Shown here piece after piece: positions 10,301 through 18,883 of a stretch of 64,000 nt of DNA. Where the stretch lies: positions 9,860 to 73,859 of the forward strand of contig DBGCPK010000010.1 in the NCBI GenBank assembly GCA_048359995.1, given 5' to 3'. A program made the translations under genes and the position numbers. Position 1 is the stretch's first letter; each line of letters starts with the position of its first letter. The notes below the pieces were generated by a model that ran no database searches, was not told the origin of the DNA, and worked only from the letters and a program-made list of their open reading frames with translations. The stretch comes from Bacilli bacterium (lineage in GTDB: Bacteria > Bacillota_I > Bacilli_A > RFN20 > CAG-449).

Positions 10301-10601
10301 TGGTGGTGAAAATCAAGTACCATTTTACATTTTAGCAGCTGCTTCATTTCAGAATCTTATATCCAGAAAAAGAAAAGAAAATGATAGCGTTTCAATTGTT
10401 CTATTTGACGAAGTGTTTAACACTATGGATGCAAATAGAATCGAGTCAATGTTAGGATTTTTTAAAAAATTAAATGTTCAAATTTTCATGGCTCTAACCG
10501 CTGAAAAGGTCCCAAATATGTGCAAATATATGGATACTACAAATGTTATTTTTAGAGATGGAAATAACGCCTTTGTAGAGGAGTTTACAAATGAAAAATA
10601 A
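7320..10601 (+). CDS. jetC: JetC-like SMC/MksB-type ATPase
   Basis: N-terminal head with Walker A GMNASGKST (aa 31-39). A coiled-coil-like K/E/N/L-rich middle of roughly 900 aa. C-terminal QQSGGENQVPFYIL (ABC signature) and VLFDEVFNTMD (Walker B). 1093 aa. Confidence 0.85.
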   Translation: MKKHLSKIKLINWMYFTNTTIVSNGNTIITGMNASGKSTIVDAIQLALIADKRKVKFNSAADSEGKRDVKSYVRGEINTEEISCLRPGDVVSHIVLEFLSDNGPVIMGVVIELNNGIDEMHFYKANNVRVSDQFYLDDENKPNDFAKLKSAYEKYYVEFEYLSAVDYRRALASQMGVEEKYYDKYISLLIASIGFKSVSKVDDFINNFLFLEDNIDVSELRENNAKLISLKASLEENNLKATKCQEIIDLCTKYSEIDIKNNKNELLKKKYQLEKNRSNLEKQKREKIKVNSLYNKNVSDIELYKKEKQNLEDQKEAAQCDLEDSDNNRQIKEAKRQLQETENELNKSKLILSSVASQIKNVYDTGKQLNDLLEGNNNTFEKILIKIADNLNTPEKIPPYLKDFGECIDSIKEEYIQKKFADSQKLIEINKSIKETNLNIKKLRSNQKVFRSDFSQLIKYLKEQLFDKFGKDIVVKPLCDYGQILDEEWRNAIEGYLNTQRLALIIEPDYVLDAVKLYKYYYTNIDSNISYEIVDTTKLNMDYQIDEQTLASKVRFSNKYASAYAQFILGKVYCVDDEEQLNKYEVSITKDCIRYKNFTYAAIKQNVYKNPLIGNGAIEVQLKKEIENLQLLENQRIPIDESLNKDVKIIELCHQTDAKSIDIERLNQFETVKTYQQKIKNLTSKINRLEQVPSFGRPFELSQIIDNLKSEIARLDEKINKANYDKGSNENILSNIDKSIENYRADDTKLKNEYNELFSKTSNVSPNDEIWSEEEILNYENNQDVINRKINENKNNLYKLHNSIVKKKTEYNQKYFFNADCSSDTADEYRIELNKKIALEGNELSASVQTLHKKNITIFKKEFMSKLKWKFDDMDDIVESLNFNLRSNPFDKDRYSISVTKTDDPELNALYDIINSDDTYETGLFETEESSKNRLFLDNFFERMATLDSKDEIERLQDYRKYRKFDVMIQSNYEENGVLKHKTRYLSQVKKQQSGGENQVPFYILAAASFQNLISRKRKENDSVSIVLFDEVFNTMDANRIESMLGFFKKLNVQIFMALTAEKVPNMCKYMDTTNVIFRDGNNAFVEEFTNEK

Positions 10602-11775
10602 TTACTATTATTATTTATTAAATATATTAATAAATAAATATGAAAAAAGATTCTTTAACTATGCCCTTAACATTCGAAAGATAACGATCAAGTTTAATGA
10701 AAAAGAATTAAAAGATTATGTTAGTGATGGTAGCTATAAATACCGCTCTTCGATTGAAAATGCAGTGGAAGAATTAGTTAATCAGAATATCATTAAAGTA
10801 ATCTATGAACGTGGCAAGGTTATCGACTATATTTTTCTTAATATCGATCAAATAGATAAAGCTTACGAAGAATTAAATAAAGAAAACATTATCATTACTT
10901 GGCAAAACTACTTAAATGCCATTAATAATGGAACGTCAAAACTATCAAAATCAATATTTTATAAAATAAACTCTATTTATAATAATCATCAAGGAATTAA
11001 AACCTATTTAAATGATTATAAAATCATTGAAACAATCATTCACTGCATTGATGAATTAGAAAATAACCAAATTGATATATTATTACGAGATTTTAGTGTT
11101 AAAGTATTTGATGATAGTAAGTATCTAGAAAATAATTTATCTACGATCAGAAAATATTATAGGTTAGTGGGAATCGACAATGATGATGATAATGAAACTT
11201 TCTTAAAAAAAAGGCACATCTACAAAAATCCGATTTCAATAATAATCAAAGGAAATGCATTGATTAAGGTAAATCAACAAGTTATCGATCTTAGTGCTTA
11301 TAATTCCCCATTACATTTATATAAAGAAGGAATTGAAAACATTACTTTTCTAAACATTTCAAATAATATCGTGACAACAATTGAGAATAAAACTACCTTT
11401 TTTGATTATCATGAGGATGGTTTAATTGTTTTTTTAGAAGGATTTCCTAATTCAATGGCAATTAACTTACTAAAAAAAATCAATTCTAATCTATCGTCCA
11501 TAAAATTTAATCATTTTGGAGATATTGATTTAGGCGGATTTAAAATTTTTAATTATTTATGTGAACAAACTAATATTTTATTTAATACGATCCATATGGA
11601 TATTGATACTCTAAAAAAATATAAGAATAAACTGACAAGAGTTAAAGATAAATCATATTATCAAGAATTAAATTCCTTAAAATATTTAAAATATGTCGCA
11701 AGGTATAGTGATGTTATCGACTATATGATTGAAAATGAGGTTATTTTAGAAGAAGAAATACTATATGCGCAATAA
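10591..11775 (+). CDS. jetD: JetD-like Toprim-domain nuclease subunit (DUF2220-type C-terminus)
   Basis: TTIENKTTF (Toprim Glu) followed by HFGDIDLGGFKIFNYL (DxD) in the C-terminal third. 394 aa. Overlaps jetC by 11 nt. Confidence 0.8.
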   Translation: MKNNYYYYLLNILINKYEKRFFNYALNIRKITIKFNEKELKDYVSDGSYKYRSSIENAVEELVNQNIIKVIYERGKVIDYIFLNIDQIDKAYEELNKENIIITWQNYLNAINNGTSKLSKSIFYKINSIYNNHQGIKTYLNDYKIIETIIHCIDELENNQIDILLRDFSVKVFDDSKYLENNLSTIRKYYRLVGIDNDDDNETFLKKRHIYKNPISIIIKGNALIKVNQQVIDLSAYNSPLHLYKEGIENITFLNISNNIVTTIENKTTFFDYHEDGLIVFLEGFPNSMAINLLKKINSNLSSIKFNHFGDIDLGGFKIFNYLCEQTNILFNTIHMDIDTLKKYKNKLTRVKDKSYYQELNSLKYLKYVARYSDVIDYMIENEVILEEEILYAQ

Positions 11776-12416
11776 CTTTTATTCTCTTAATTTCGATAAT
11801 ATTTTTATCAAAAATCAGACTTGGCGATAAACTCACTCAAATCTAAGACCTTTTAACCTAAAGAATAAGGTGGGGAATGAAAAGTTTCTTTCTACAAAGA
11901 GACAATAACCAAAGCGTTGTATAGAGACACAAAAAGAAACATCAAAAGCGGAGAATCAAAAAACGCAGTGGAAGAGTAAGCGATGAGGAGCTTACTCGTC
12001 TTTTGTATCATGACTTGGCACCTATGGGAGTGCAACAAGAAATACCACGGAATTTCAAAGAAAAAGACGGAGATATTCATAGATAAAGCATTTCCTGAAG
12101 GAATTTTGTTAATCTAAAAAGTAAAAGCAACAAAAAGGTGCAAAATGAAAATGTTGCGAAATAAATGAATAAACAGAATAAACGCATCAATAAAATAAGC
12201 AAAAAATATATTGAGAGATCTAAAAGATAAAATGGCATTGAATGGATGTATTTCTTATGAAATAAAGAAGGATATACACCAAAAAATATTATTTATCTAA
12301 TGAAGTGTCTTGATGGAGTAATAATACAAAGATGATTGCAATAATATTTTGTAGGTAAGGAAGAAAAACCTTAAGATGAGAATATAATATTTAAAAAGAA
12401 GAAATAAAAGCAATAG

Positions 12417-12432
12417 ATATCCCTAGGGATAT
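12417..12432. repeat. 16-bp perfect palindrome ATATCCCTAGGGATAT
   Basis: Read directly. Lies 17 bp beyond the stop of minus-strand ORF 12449..12910. Confidence 0.9.
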
Positions 12433-12448
12433 GAAAATTTTAAAATAA

Positions 12449-12910
12449 TTAAAGTCCAGAAATATGTTTCAAAGTTTTTCTAACATCAAATGAATACTTT
12501 GGTGAATTATCAAATTGCAAAGGAATATCGTAATATGATTCTTTAGTATTGTTTTTAAATAAGAAGTTATTATATTTTGCATTCATGAGATCACAAAGTT
12601 TATCAAGAGAAGAAGTAGTAAATGTATTAGGCTTTTTATCTAATCTATCGGAAAAGTAATGAGAATTAATACATTCTTGTGAGTAGCTTAAGTAATCTTT
12701 ATTAAACCAGTTTCTAATTGAATTATGATTTTTGATAAGAAGGTTATAAAGGACTTTATAATCATTATCTTGGGAATCTTTAGGAATGGAATCTAAAGTG
12801 TTGATATAAGCTTCAACATACGAATCAAAATGAGATAAATCACCAAAGAATAATTTTTTCTCCAATAATTTTAGTAGCAATTCTTTGAACATGAAATTTA
12901 TCTGGAACAT
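12449..12910 (-). CDS. Hypothetical protein (153 aa), no recognisable motif
   Basis: Clean ORF in the AT-rich island with composition like its neighbours. Function unknown. Confidence 0.4.
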   Translation of the reverse strand: MFQINFMFKELLLKLLEKKLFFGDLSHFDSYVEAYINTLDSIPKDSQDNDYKVLYNLLIKNHNSIRNWFNKDYLSYSQECINSHYFSDRLDKKPNTFTTSSLDKLCDLMNAKYNNFLFKNNTKESYYDIPLQFDNSPKYSFDVRKTLKHISGL

Positions 12911-12927
12911 AAACGGACGTTGAATTA

Positions 12928-13119
12928 TTGGAAAAAATCATAATCAATTGTTTGGGAACGGGCGAATTCTTTGTGAATAAAGCCATTGGTTGGGCTTTAA
13001 GAGAATATTCAAAGACTAACTCCGATTGGGTGAAAAGCTTTATTGATAAATATAAAAATCAAATGAATGATTTAAGTATCAAAGAAGCAAGCAAATATTT
13101 AAAAAATGACAATACTTAA
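12928..13119 (+). pseudogene. 3' stub of a DNA alkylation repair (AlkD-like HEAT-repeat) gene
   Basis: FFVNKAIGWALREYSKTNSDWVKSFI...LSIKEASKYL matches the conserved C-terminus of AlkD-like proteins. Only about 63 codons remain. Confidence 0.6.
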
Positions 13120-13581
13120 AGCGGTTTATCTCTGGAAAACGATAAAGATATATCGATTCAATGATTTATCTGTTTTTTTGATATAATCAATCGGGAAAAT
13201 AGATTTTTTATCAAGTGGACTAAAGCCGTAGTCAAAGCGTGCATTTAACTAGAATTCATGCTATAAAGTTTGTTTACTTAGACATAGACAATTATAGAAA
13301 GGGATAGACGAATATTGTCAATCCTCTTGTAAATAAAGAAAAATTAAAAATCGGTACTTCCAATCAGACTTTTTTGCGACGAAAGAATTTGATTGATTTA
13401 TAGATTTAGAGTTTGCTTCGACAATGTATGCCTAATTCATGAAAAACATCAAATACTATAAATGGAAAAAGTTATACAGAAAAACTTTTGTTGATTTTTT
13501 AAAGTTGACGGCGATCGAGCCCGCCTTTATTGCATCGCGAAGAGAAAACGGGTAAAATGAAAATGACGAGGGAGGGCAAAT

Positions 13582-14358
13582 ATGGAGATATTTCTTGGAT
13601 TGACAATTCCTTTCTTGGGAACGACATTAGGCGCTTTGATGGTCTTTTTCATCAGAAAGCAGATTCATCCGAAAGTTGAGAAACTCCTGTTGGGATTTGC
13701 CGCAGGAGTGATGATTGCCGCTTCCGTCTGGTCTCTGATTATTCCTTCGATCGAAATGGTCGAATCCGATAAAGGTATCGCTTTTCTTCCGGCGGCTGTC
13801 GGATTTATGGCCGGCGTACTCTTTTTGCTTTTATTGGATTCCGTAATTCCTCATCTGCATTTGGGAAGCGATCAACCGGAGGGCGTTCACTCGAATTTCA
13901 AAAAGAAGACCATGATGGTCTTTGCCGTTACATTGCACAATATCCCCGAAGGAATGGCTGTCGGTGTGATTTTAGCCGGCGCAATTTCCGGAGAAACCAC
14001 GATCACCCTTACTTCGGCAATGGCTCTTTCCATAGGAATTGCCATTCAGAATTTTCCGGAAGGAGCGATCGTTTCTATGCCTTTGGCATTGGAAGGAAAA
14101 AGCCGACCAAAAGCTTTTTTGAGCGGTGTTTTTTCGGGTATCGTCGAACCTGTTGCCGGTCTATTAACTATTCTGCTATCCCAATTTATGATTCCGATTT
14201 TACCTTATCTTCTTGCTTTTGCCGCGGGGGCAATGATCTACGTCGTCGTCGAAGAACTGATTCCGGAATCTCAAAACGGCGCGCACAGCAATATTGCGAC
14301 GATCGGCGTCGCCGTCGGGTTTGTATTGATGATGATTCTCGATGTCGCTCTCGGATAA
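13582..14358 (+). CDS. zupT: ZIP-family divalent metal transporter (ZupT-like)
   Basis: Multi-TM protein with paired HNIPEGMAVG and QNFPEGAIVS motifs. 258 aa. Confidence 0.85.
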   Translation: MEIFLGLTIPFLGTTLGALMVFFIRKQIHPKVEKLLLGFAAGVMIAASVWSLIIPSIEMVESDKGIAFLPAAVGFMAGVLFLLLLDSVIPHLHLGSDQPEGVHSNFKKKTMMVFAVTLHNIPEGMAVGVILAGAISGETTITLTSAMALSIGIAIQNFPEGAIVSMPLALEGKSRPKAFLSGVFSGIVEPVAGLLTILLSQFMIPILPYLLAFAAGAMIYVVVEELIPESQNGAHSNIATIGVAVGFVLMMILDVALG

Positions 14359-14439
14359 CTTCAAAGTGAGAATATTGACTCCGAAACTTAACAAACTCGG
14401 GATTTTAACGTATAATTGAAACTGGTGAGGAACAAGAAT

Positions 14440-15417
14440 ATGCAGAATCAACGCGACGCTTTAAAAGTAACGATCGTCGGATGCGGAAGATGGGGGAGTT
14501 TCATCGGCTGGTATCTCGATCGTATCGGTCATCGGGTAACCCTTTACGGCCTTGAAGACGCGCCGAGTTTTTCTCGGTTGGTGAAAGAGAGAAAGAACGA
14601 ATATATCGAACTGCCCGATTCAATCGGACTGACGACCGATATCGCGACGACAAAAGATTCCGATGTGATCGTAATTTCCGTCAATTCACAGAATTTAAGA
14701 AGCGTTGCTTGCCAGTTCAAAGCAGTCGGCGTGGAAAATAAGACGATCGTTCTTTGTATGAAAGGGATCGAAATCGAAACCGGGAAAAGATTGAGCGAAA
14801 TCGTTGAGGAGACCGTTTCTCCGACAAACCGGATTGCGGTTTGGATCGGTCCGGGACACGTTCAGTCTTTTTATCGCGGCATTCCTAACTGCATGGTGAT
14901 CGACAGCAAAGACGGAGAGACCAAAGATTTTATCATTCAGCGCTTTTCCGGCGATCTGATTCGTTTTTATTACGGGAACGACTTGATCGGAAATGAAATC
15001 GGCGCGGCGTCTAAAAATGTCATCGGCATCGCCGCGGGGATGCTCGACGGATTCGGATTGACTTCTTTAAAAGGGGCCTTGATGGCTCGTGGAACTCGGG
15101 AGATTTCCCGCTTGATCAAGGCATTGGGAGGAAACGAATTGTCCGCGTACGGATTATGTCATTTAGGCGATTACGAAGCGACGATTTTTTCTTCTTATTC
15201 TCACAATCGGCAATTCGGGGAATCTTTTGTGAAAAAGGAAACGTATTCGCTTCTCGCAGAAGGCTACTATACCGCGAAAGCGCTGATGCTTTTAGGTGAA
15301 AAAACGGGTGTGGAATTGCCGATTTGCCGTGCGGTTTACGATATTCTCTATCACGATGCCGATCCGAAAGAAACGATGAACGGCCTTTTCAAAAGAAGTT
15401 TAAAAGAAGAATTTTAA
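14440..15417 (+). CDS. gpsA: NAD(P)H-dependent glycerol-3-phosphate dehydrogenase
   Basis: Rossmann motif VTIVGCGRWGSFIG, plus GPGHVQSF and KNVIGIAAGMLDG. ATG at 14440 preferred over the ORF-track TTG at 14416 because GGTGAGGAA sits 7 nt upstream. Confidence 0.85.
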   Translation: MQNQRDALKVTIVGCGRWGSFIGWYLDRIGHRVTLYGLEDAPSFSRLVKERKNEYIELPDSIGLTTDIATTKDSDVIVISVNSQNLRSVACQFKAVGVENKTIVLCMKGIEIETGKRLSEIVEETVSPTNRIAVWIGPGHVQSFYRGIPNCMVIDSKDGETKDFIIQRFSGDLIRFYYGNDLIGNEIGAASKNVIGIAAGMLDGFGLTSLKGALMARGTREISRLIKALGGNELSAYGLCHLGDYEATIFSSYSHNRQFGESFVKKETYSLLAEGYYTAKALMLLGEKTGVELPICRAVYDILYHDADPKETMNGLFKRSLKEEF

Positions 15418-15427
15418 CGATACAAAA

Positions 15428-15859
15428 ATGAACAAGAAAACGCAGAGAAAAATCGAGAGACAAATCAAAAAAACGCACCCTTTGACCAAAGCGGTCGTCG
15501 CTTTGTGTTTTATGGCTTCTCTGGCAGGAACTTTTTTTGTCAGTTGGTCGATGCAGAAAGACGATTGTTTTGTCCTTCTTGGCGAATCGATTGTAACGAT
15601 GAATGTCGGAGGAAATTATGTCGAGCCGGAACGAAAGGAAGCGGTCAAATGCGTGTTTTTCGGAAAGGACGTTTCGTCTTCGGTTCGGATTAACGAAGAA
15701 GAAACTACGTACGATCCGGTGCTTTCTCCGAAGACGGAAGGAACGTATTATATCGTATACGAAACGGATAATTTCAAATATTCCGGAATCCTGCGCATAA
15801 GGACGATAAAAGTCAGCGCGGTGGATACGAATGAAGACGGGATCGGTGAAGAAGAATGA
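15428..15859 (+). CDS. Membrane-anchored protein with an Ig-like (DUF5011-like) ectodomain
   Basis: N-terminal TM segment, then a G.Y.EP...GTYYIVYETDN pattern. ATGA overlap with the next gene. Confidence 0.5.
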   Translation: MNKKTQRKIERQIKKTHPLTKAVVALCFMASLAGTFFVSWSMQKDDCFVLLGESIVTMNVGGNYVEPERKEAVKCVFFGKDVSSSVRINEEETTYDPVLSPKTEGTYYIVYETDNFKYSGILRIRTIKVSAVDTNEDGIGEEE

Positions 15860-16986
15860 AAAAGGCGAAGAAAAAGAGCAGATTTTCTCTTGGAAAGACA
15901 TTGGGATTGTCGTTAGTCGGCGCACTTCTCGGTGGCTTATTGGGTGTCGGATCTTCGGTAACCTACGCTCTGATCGACGTAAAAACCGATGAAAAAAAGA
16001 TGAACTCGGTTACCGGAGTCGTTTATGACGATTTTCAGATTCACTTTATGGAATTGGGGAACATCTACGCCGGAGATTCGATTTATATCAAGGCAGGAGA
16101 AAACGACATTCTGATCGACGCGGGATCGCGTGCTTCTTCAAAGACGACGATCAAGAGTTATGTCGATCGTTATTGCGAAGACGGGAAGTTGGAATATGTG
16201 ATTGCTACACACGCACATCAGGATCACATCGCTGCATTCGGTTGTGCCGACGGAATTTTTTATTCTTATGAAATCGGGACGATCATCGACTTTCCTTTGA
16301 CGAATTCCAAAACGAGTACGTATCAAGCTTATCGTGAAGCGAAAGAGTATGCAATTGCTCGCGGTGCGGTCAATTATTCCGCATTGGATTGCTGGAACGA
16401 AATCGGCGGAGCGAAAAGAACTTATGCGCTCGGAGAAAACATTACGATGCAGATTCTCTACAATACGTATTATGAAACGGCGACGACAAACGAAAACGAT
16501 TATTCGGTTTGTCTGCTTTTGACTTGCGGAGAGTATAAATTTTTGCTGACCGGAGATCTCGAAGCAAAGGGAGAGGAATATTTTGTCGAATATAATAAGG
16601 AAACGATCAAGGATTGCACGCTTTTCAAGGCGGGGCACCATGGATCGTATACCGCTTCCGGCGAAAAACTTTTGGAAACCGTCCGCCCGGAAATCTCGGT
16701 TTGCACTTGCGTATGCGGTTCGACCGAATATACGAAAAACAACATGAACACGTTTCCGTCTCAGGCGTATATCGATCGTATCAGCGCCTATACGTCTCAA
16801 GTTTACGTTACCAGCCTCTGCACCGATTACGAAAGTGGAGACTATACTTCGATGAACGGAGATATCATCGTCAGCAGCGATTCCGCGAACGTCGGCATAG
16901 CCTGCTCGAAAGATACAACACCACTTAAAGATACTTCGTGGTTTAGGGAAAACCGTACCTGTCCTTCGGCTTGGTTGAACGGGTAG
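15856..16986 (+). CDS. Membrane-anchored extracytoplasmic MBL-fold hydrolase (ComEC C-terminal-domain-like)
   Basis: N-terminal TM segment. HxHxDH motif THAHQDHIAAF. Later GDLE and KAGHHGS motifs typical of ComEC/Rec2-type beta-lactamase-fold domains. Confidence 0.75.
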   Translation: MKKAKKKSRFSLGKTLGLSLVGALLGGLLGVGSSVTYALIDVKTDEKKMNSVTGVVYDDFQIHFMELGNIYAGDSIYIKAGENDILIDAGSRASSKTTIKSYVDRYCEDGKLEYVIATHAHQDHIAAFGCADGIFYSYEIGTIIDFPLTNSKTSTYQAYREAKEYAIARGAVNYSALDCWNEIGGAKRTYALGENITMQILYNTYYETATTNENDYSVCLLLTCGEYKFLLTGDLEAKGEEYFVEYNKETIKDCTLFKAGHHGSYTASGEKLLETVRPEISVCTCVCGSTEYTKNNMNTFPSQAYIDRISAYTSQVYVTSLCTDYESGDYTSMNGDIIVSSDSANVGIACSKDTTPLKDTSWFRENRTCPSAWLNG

Positions 16987-17017
16987 TGACGGAGAGACAT
17001 CAAAAACGGAGGTTAAT

Positions 17018-18226
17018 ATGATTTCTATTCGGGATTTATATCGGATCGGACCGGGACCCTCATCTTCGCATACGATCGGCGTCAAGAACGCCGTAGACTA
17101 TATCGTCTGTCATTATCCCGATTGTCAACGCGTGGAGATGACTTTTTATGGCTCTTTGGCCAAGACCGGAAAGGGACATCTTTCCGATTATATCGCCGAA
17201 CGCGCTTTTAAAAATTTACCTCATCGGATTTATTTCGATGCGAAGACGAAAACGGATCATCCGAATACGATGATTTTCCGCGTTTTTCGGCAAGAGAAGA
17301 AGATCGAAACAGTGACGATTCTTTCGATCGGAGGCGGGCTGATCCGAGTGAAGAATCGTCCGGAAGAAAAAGAAAGGCAGATTTACTCTGAAAATACGTT
17401 TGCCGAGATTAAAAAGTTTTGTGCGGATAACCGATGTACTTTAATCGACTATATCTATCGTTGCGAAGGGAAAGAAATCGACGCGTATATGGAAGAAATC
17501 TTATCCGCGATGATGACTTCGGTGGAAAACGGATTGAATAAAAGCGGGGTTTTGCCCGGAAAACTCAAAGTTCAACGGAAGGCCGGGGAGATGTATCGCC
17601 ATTTCGATTTCGGCGAAACTCCTGAAATGAGAGAAAAGCGGCTGATCTGCGCGTACGCGTTTGCGGTTTCCGAGGAAAACGCTTCGGGAGAACAGATCGT
17701 TACGGCGCCGACCTGCGGTTCCAGCGGGGTTTTGCCTAGTTTAGTCAAACATCGTTTGAATCAAGGAGCGGAGAGACAGAAAGTAATCGAAGGTTTGTTA
17801 GTCGCGGGATTGTTCGGTTTGTTGGTAAAAACCAACGCGTCGATTTCCGGCGCGGAATGCGGCTGTCAGGCGGAAATCGGTACGGCTTCGGCAATGGGGG
17901 CGGCGTTTTTGGCCTATCTTGACGGTCAGAACATCGAAGGCATCGAACGCGCGGCCGAGATTGCGTTGGAACACTCTTTAGGTCTGACTTGCGATCCGAT
18001 CGGCGGATAAGTGCAAATTCCCTGCATCGAAAGAAATGCGATGGGCGCGATGAAAAGTTTGACTTCCTGCGCGATGAGCAGATTTATGGGGAAAAGCAAT
18101 TCGAAAATTTCTTTCGATGTCGTCGTCGAAACGATGTATCGAACCGGTCGCGATATCAACCTCCGGTACAGGGAAACCGCGCAAGGCGGACTGGCTGAGG
18201 TCTATCATGCCGAACGCCATAAATAA
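17018..18226 (+). pseudogene. sdaA: L-serine ammonia-lyase (Fe-S type, fused beta/alpha) interrupted by an in-frame TAA at 18008-18010
   Basis: N-terminal RIGPGPSSSHTIG. ..[23 protein letters not shown].. reads straight through the stop in the same frame; homologs as I recall them have [13 protein letters not shown]. Confidence 0.8.
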
Positions 18227-18288
18227 AGACCATCTTCCTTTTCGTCTTCGTTCGTGTTATGATGATTTCAGGAAAGAGAGAATATCAT

Positions 18289-18819
18289 ATGAATATCTGG
18301 AAGCAAATCGACGGAAAGCGGATTCAAGCGGACGCTTTTCTCTCCTGCATCGAAATATCCAAGGGAAGTAAAATGAAGTATGAATTGGATAAGGAAACGG
18401 GGAGACTGATTCTCGACAGGGTGCTGTACACTTCCACGCACTATCCGCAGAATTACGGATTTATACCTCGAACTTATGCCGGAGACGGCGATCCGTTGGA
18501 TGTGTTGGTGATGTGTCAGGAACCGATCGTACCTCTTTGTTTGGTTCATTGCTATCCGATCGGCGTCATCAAGATGATCGATTCCGATCAGTCGGACGAA
18601 AAAATCATTTCGATCTGTCGGGACGATCCGTCGTTGAATTGCTATCGCGACATCGCCGATCTGCCTCAGCATATCCTCGATGAGATCTGTCACTTTTTCA
18701 AGGTTTACAAGCAATTGGAAGGAAAGGAAACTTCGATTACGACGATTCTCGGACGCGAGGAAGCGATGAAAGTGATCCAAAACGCGATGGATCGATTCGA
18801 TCAATTGATTAAAGAATAG
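18289..18819 (+). CDS. ppa: Inorganic pyrophosphatase, family I
   Basis: KYELDKETG..LDRVL...YPQNYGFIPRT...DGDPLDVLV. ATG at 18289 preferred (GGAAAGAGAG upstream) over the ORF-track start at 18259. Confidence 0.9.
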   Translation: MNIWKQIDGKRIQADAFLSCIEISKGSKMKYELDKETGRLILDRVLYTSTHYPQNYGFIPRTYAGDGDPLDVLVMCQEPIVPLCLVHCYPIGVIKMIDSDQSDEKIISICRDDPSLNCYRDIADLPQHILDEICHFFKVYKQLEGKETSITTILGREEAMKVIQNAMDRFDQLIKE

Positions 18820-18883
18820 AATCCGCTGGAAATCAATATCTTTTTTTGCTATCATAATTCCAGTTTTGGTACGGAGGTTATCA

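Noticed and set aside
5180-11775. Housekeeping condensin (MukBEF, MksBEF or SMC-ScpAB) instead of a defence system
   Set aside because: A fourth, translationally coupled Toprim (E...DxD) gene and the location on a compositionally foreign cassette between truncated genes both point to Wadjet rather than a chromosomal condensin.
15856-15859. Mollicutes genetic code 4 (TGA = Trp)
   Set aside because: TGA ends ORFs at natural ATGA start-stop overlaps (15856-15859 and 56145-56148). No conserved protein here needs TGA read-through.
16138-17085. 315-aa minus-strand ORF
   Set aside because: It is antisense to the MBL-fold gene (clear HxHxDH motif) and to the sdaA start. It is Arg/Ile-rich with low complexity, has no RBS, and is a typical shadow ORF of this codon usage.
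18008-18010. Stop-codon reassignment (TAA read as sense) to explain the sdaA interruption
   Set aside because: TAA terminates rpsL, fusA, tuf and many other genes here at the expected protein ends, so a single-site nonsense change or error is more parsimonious.
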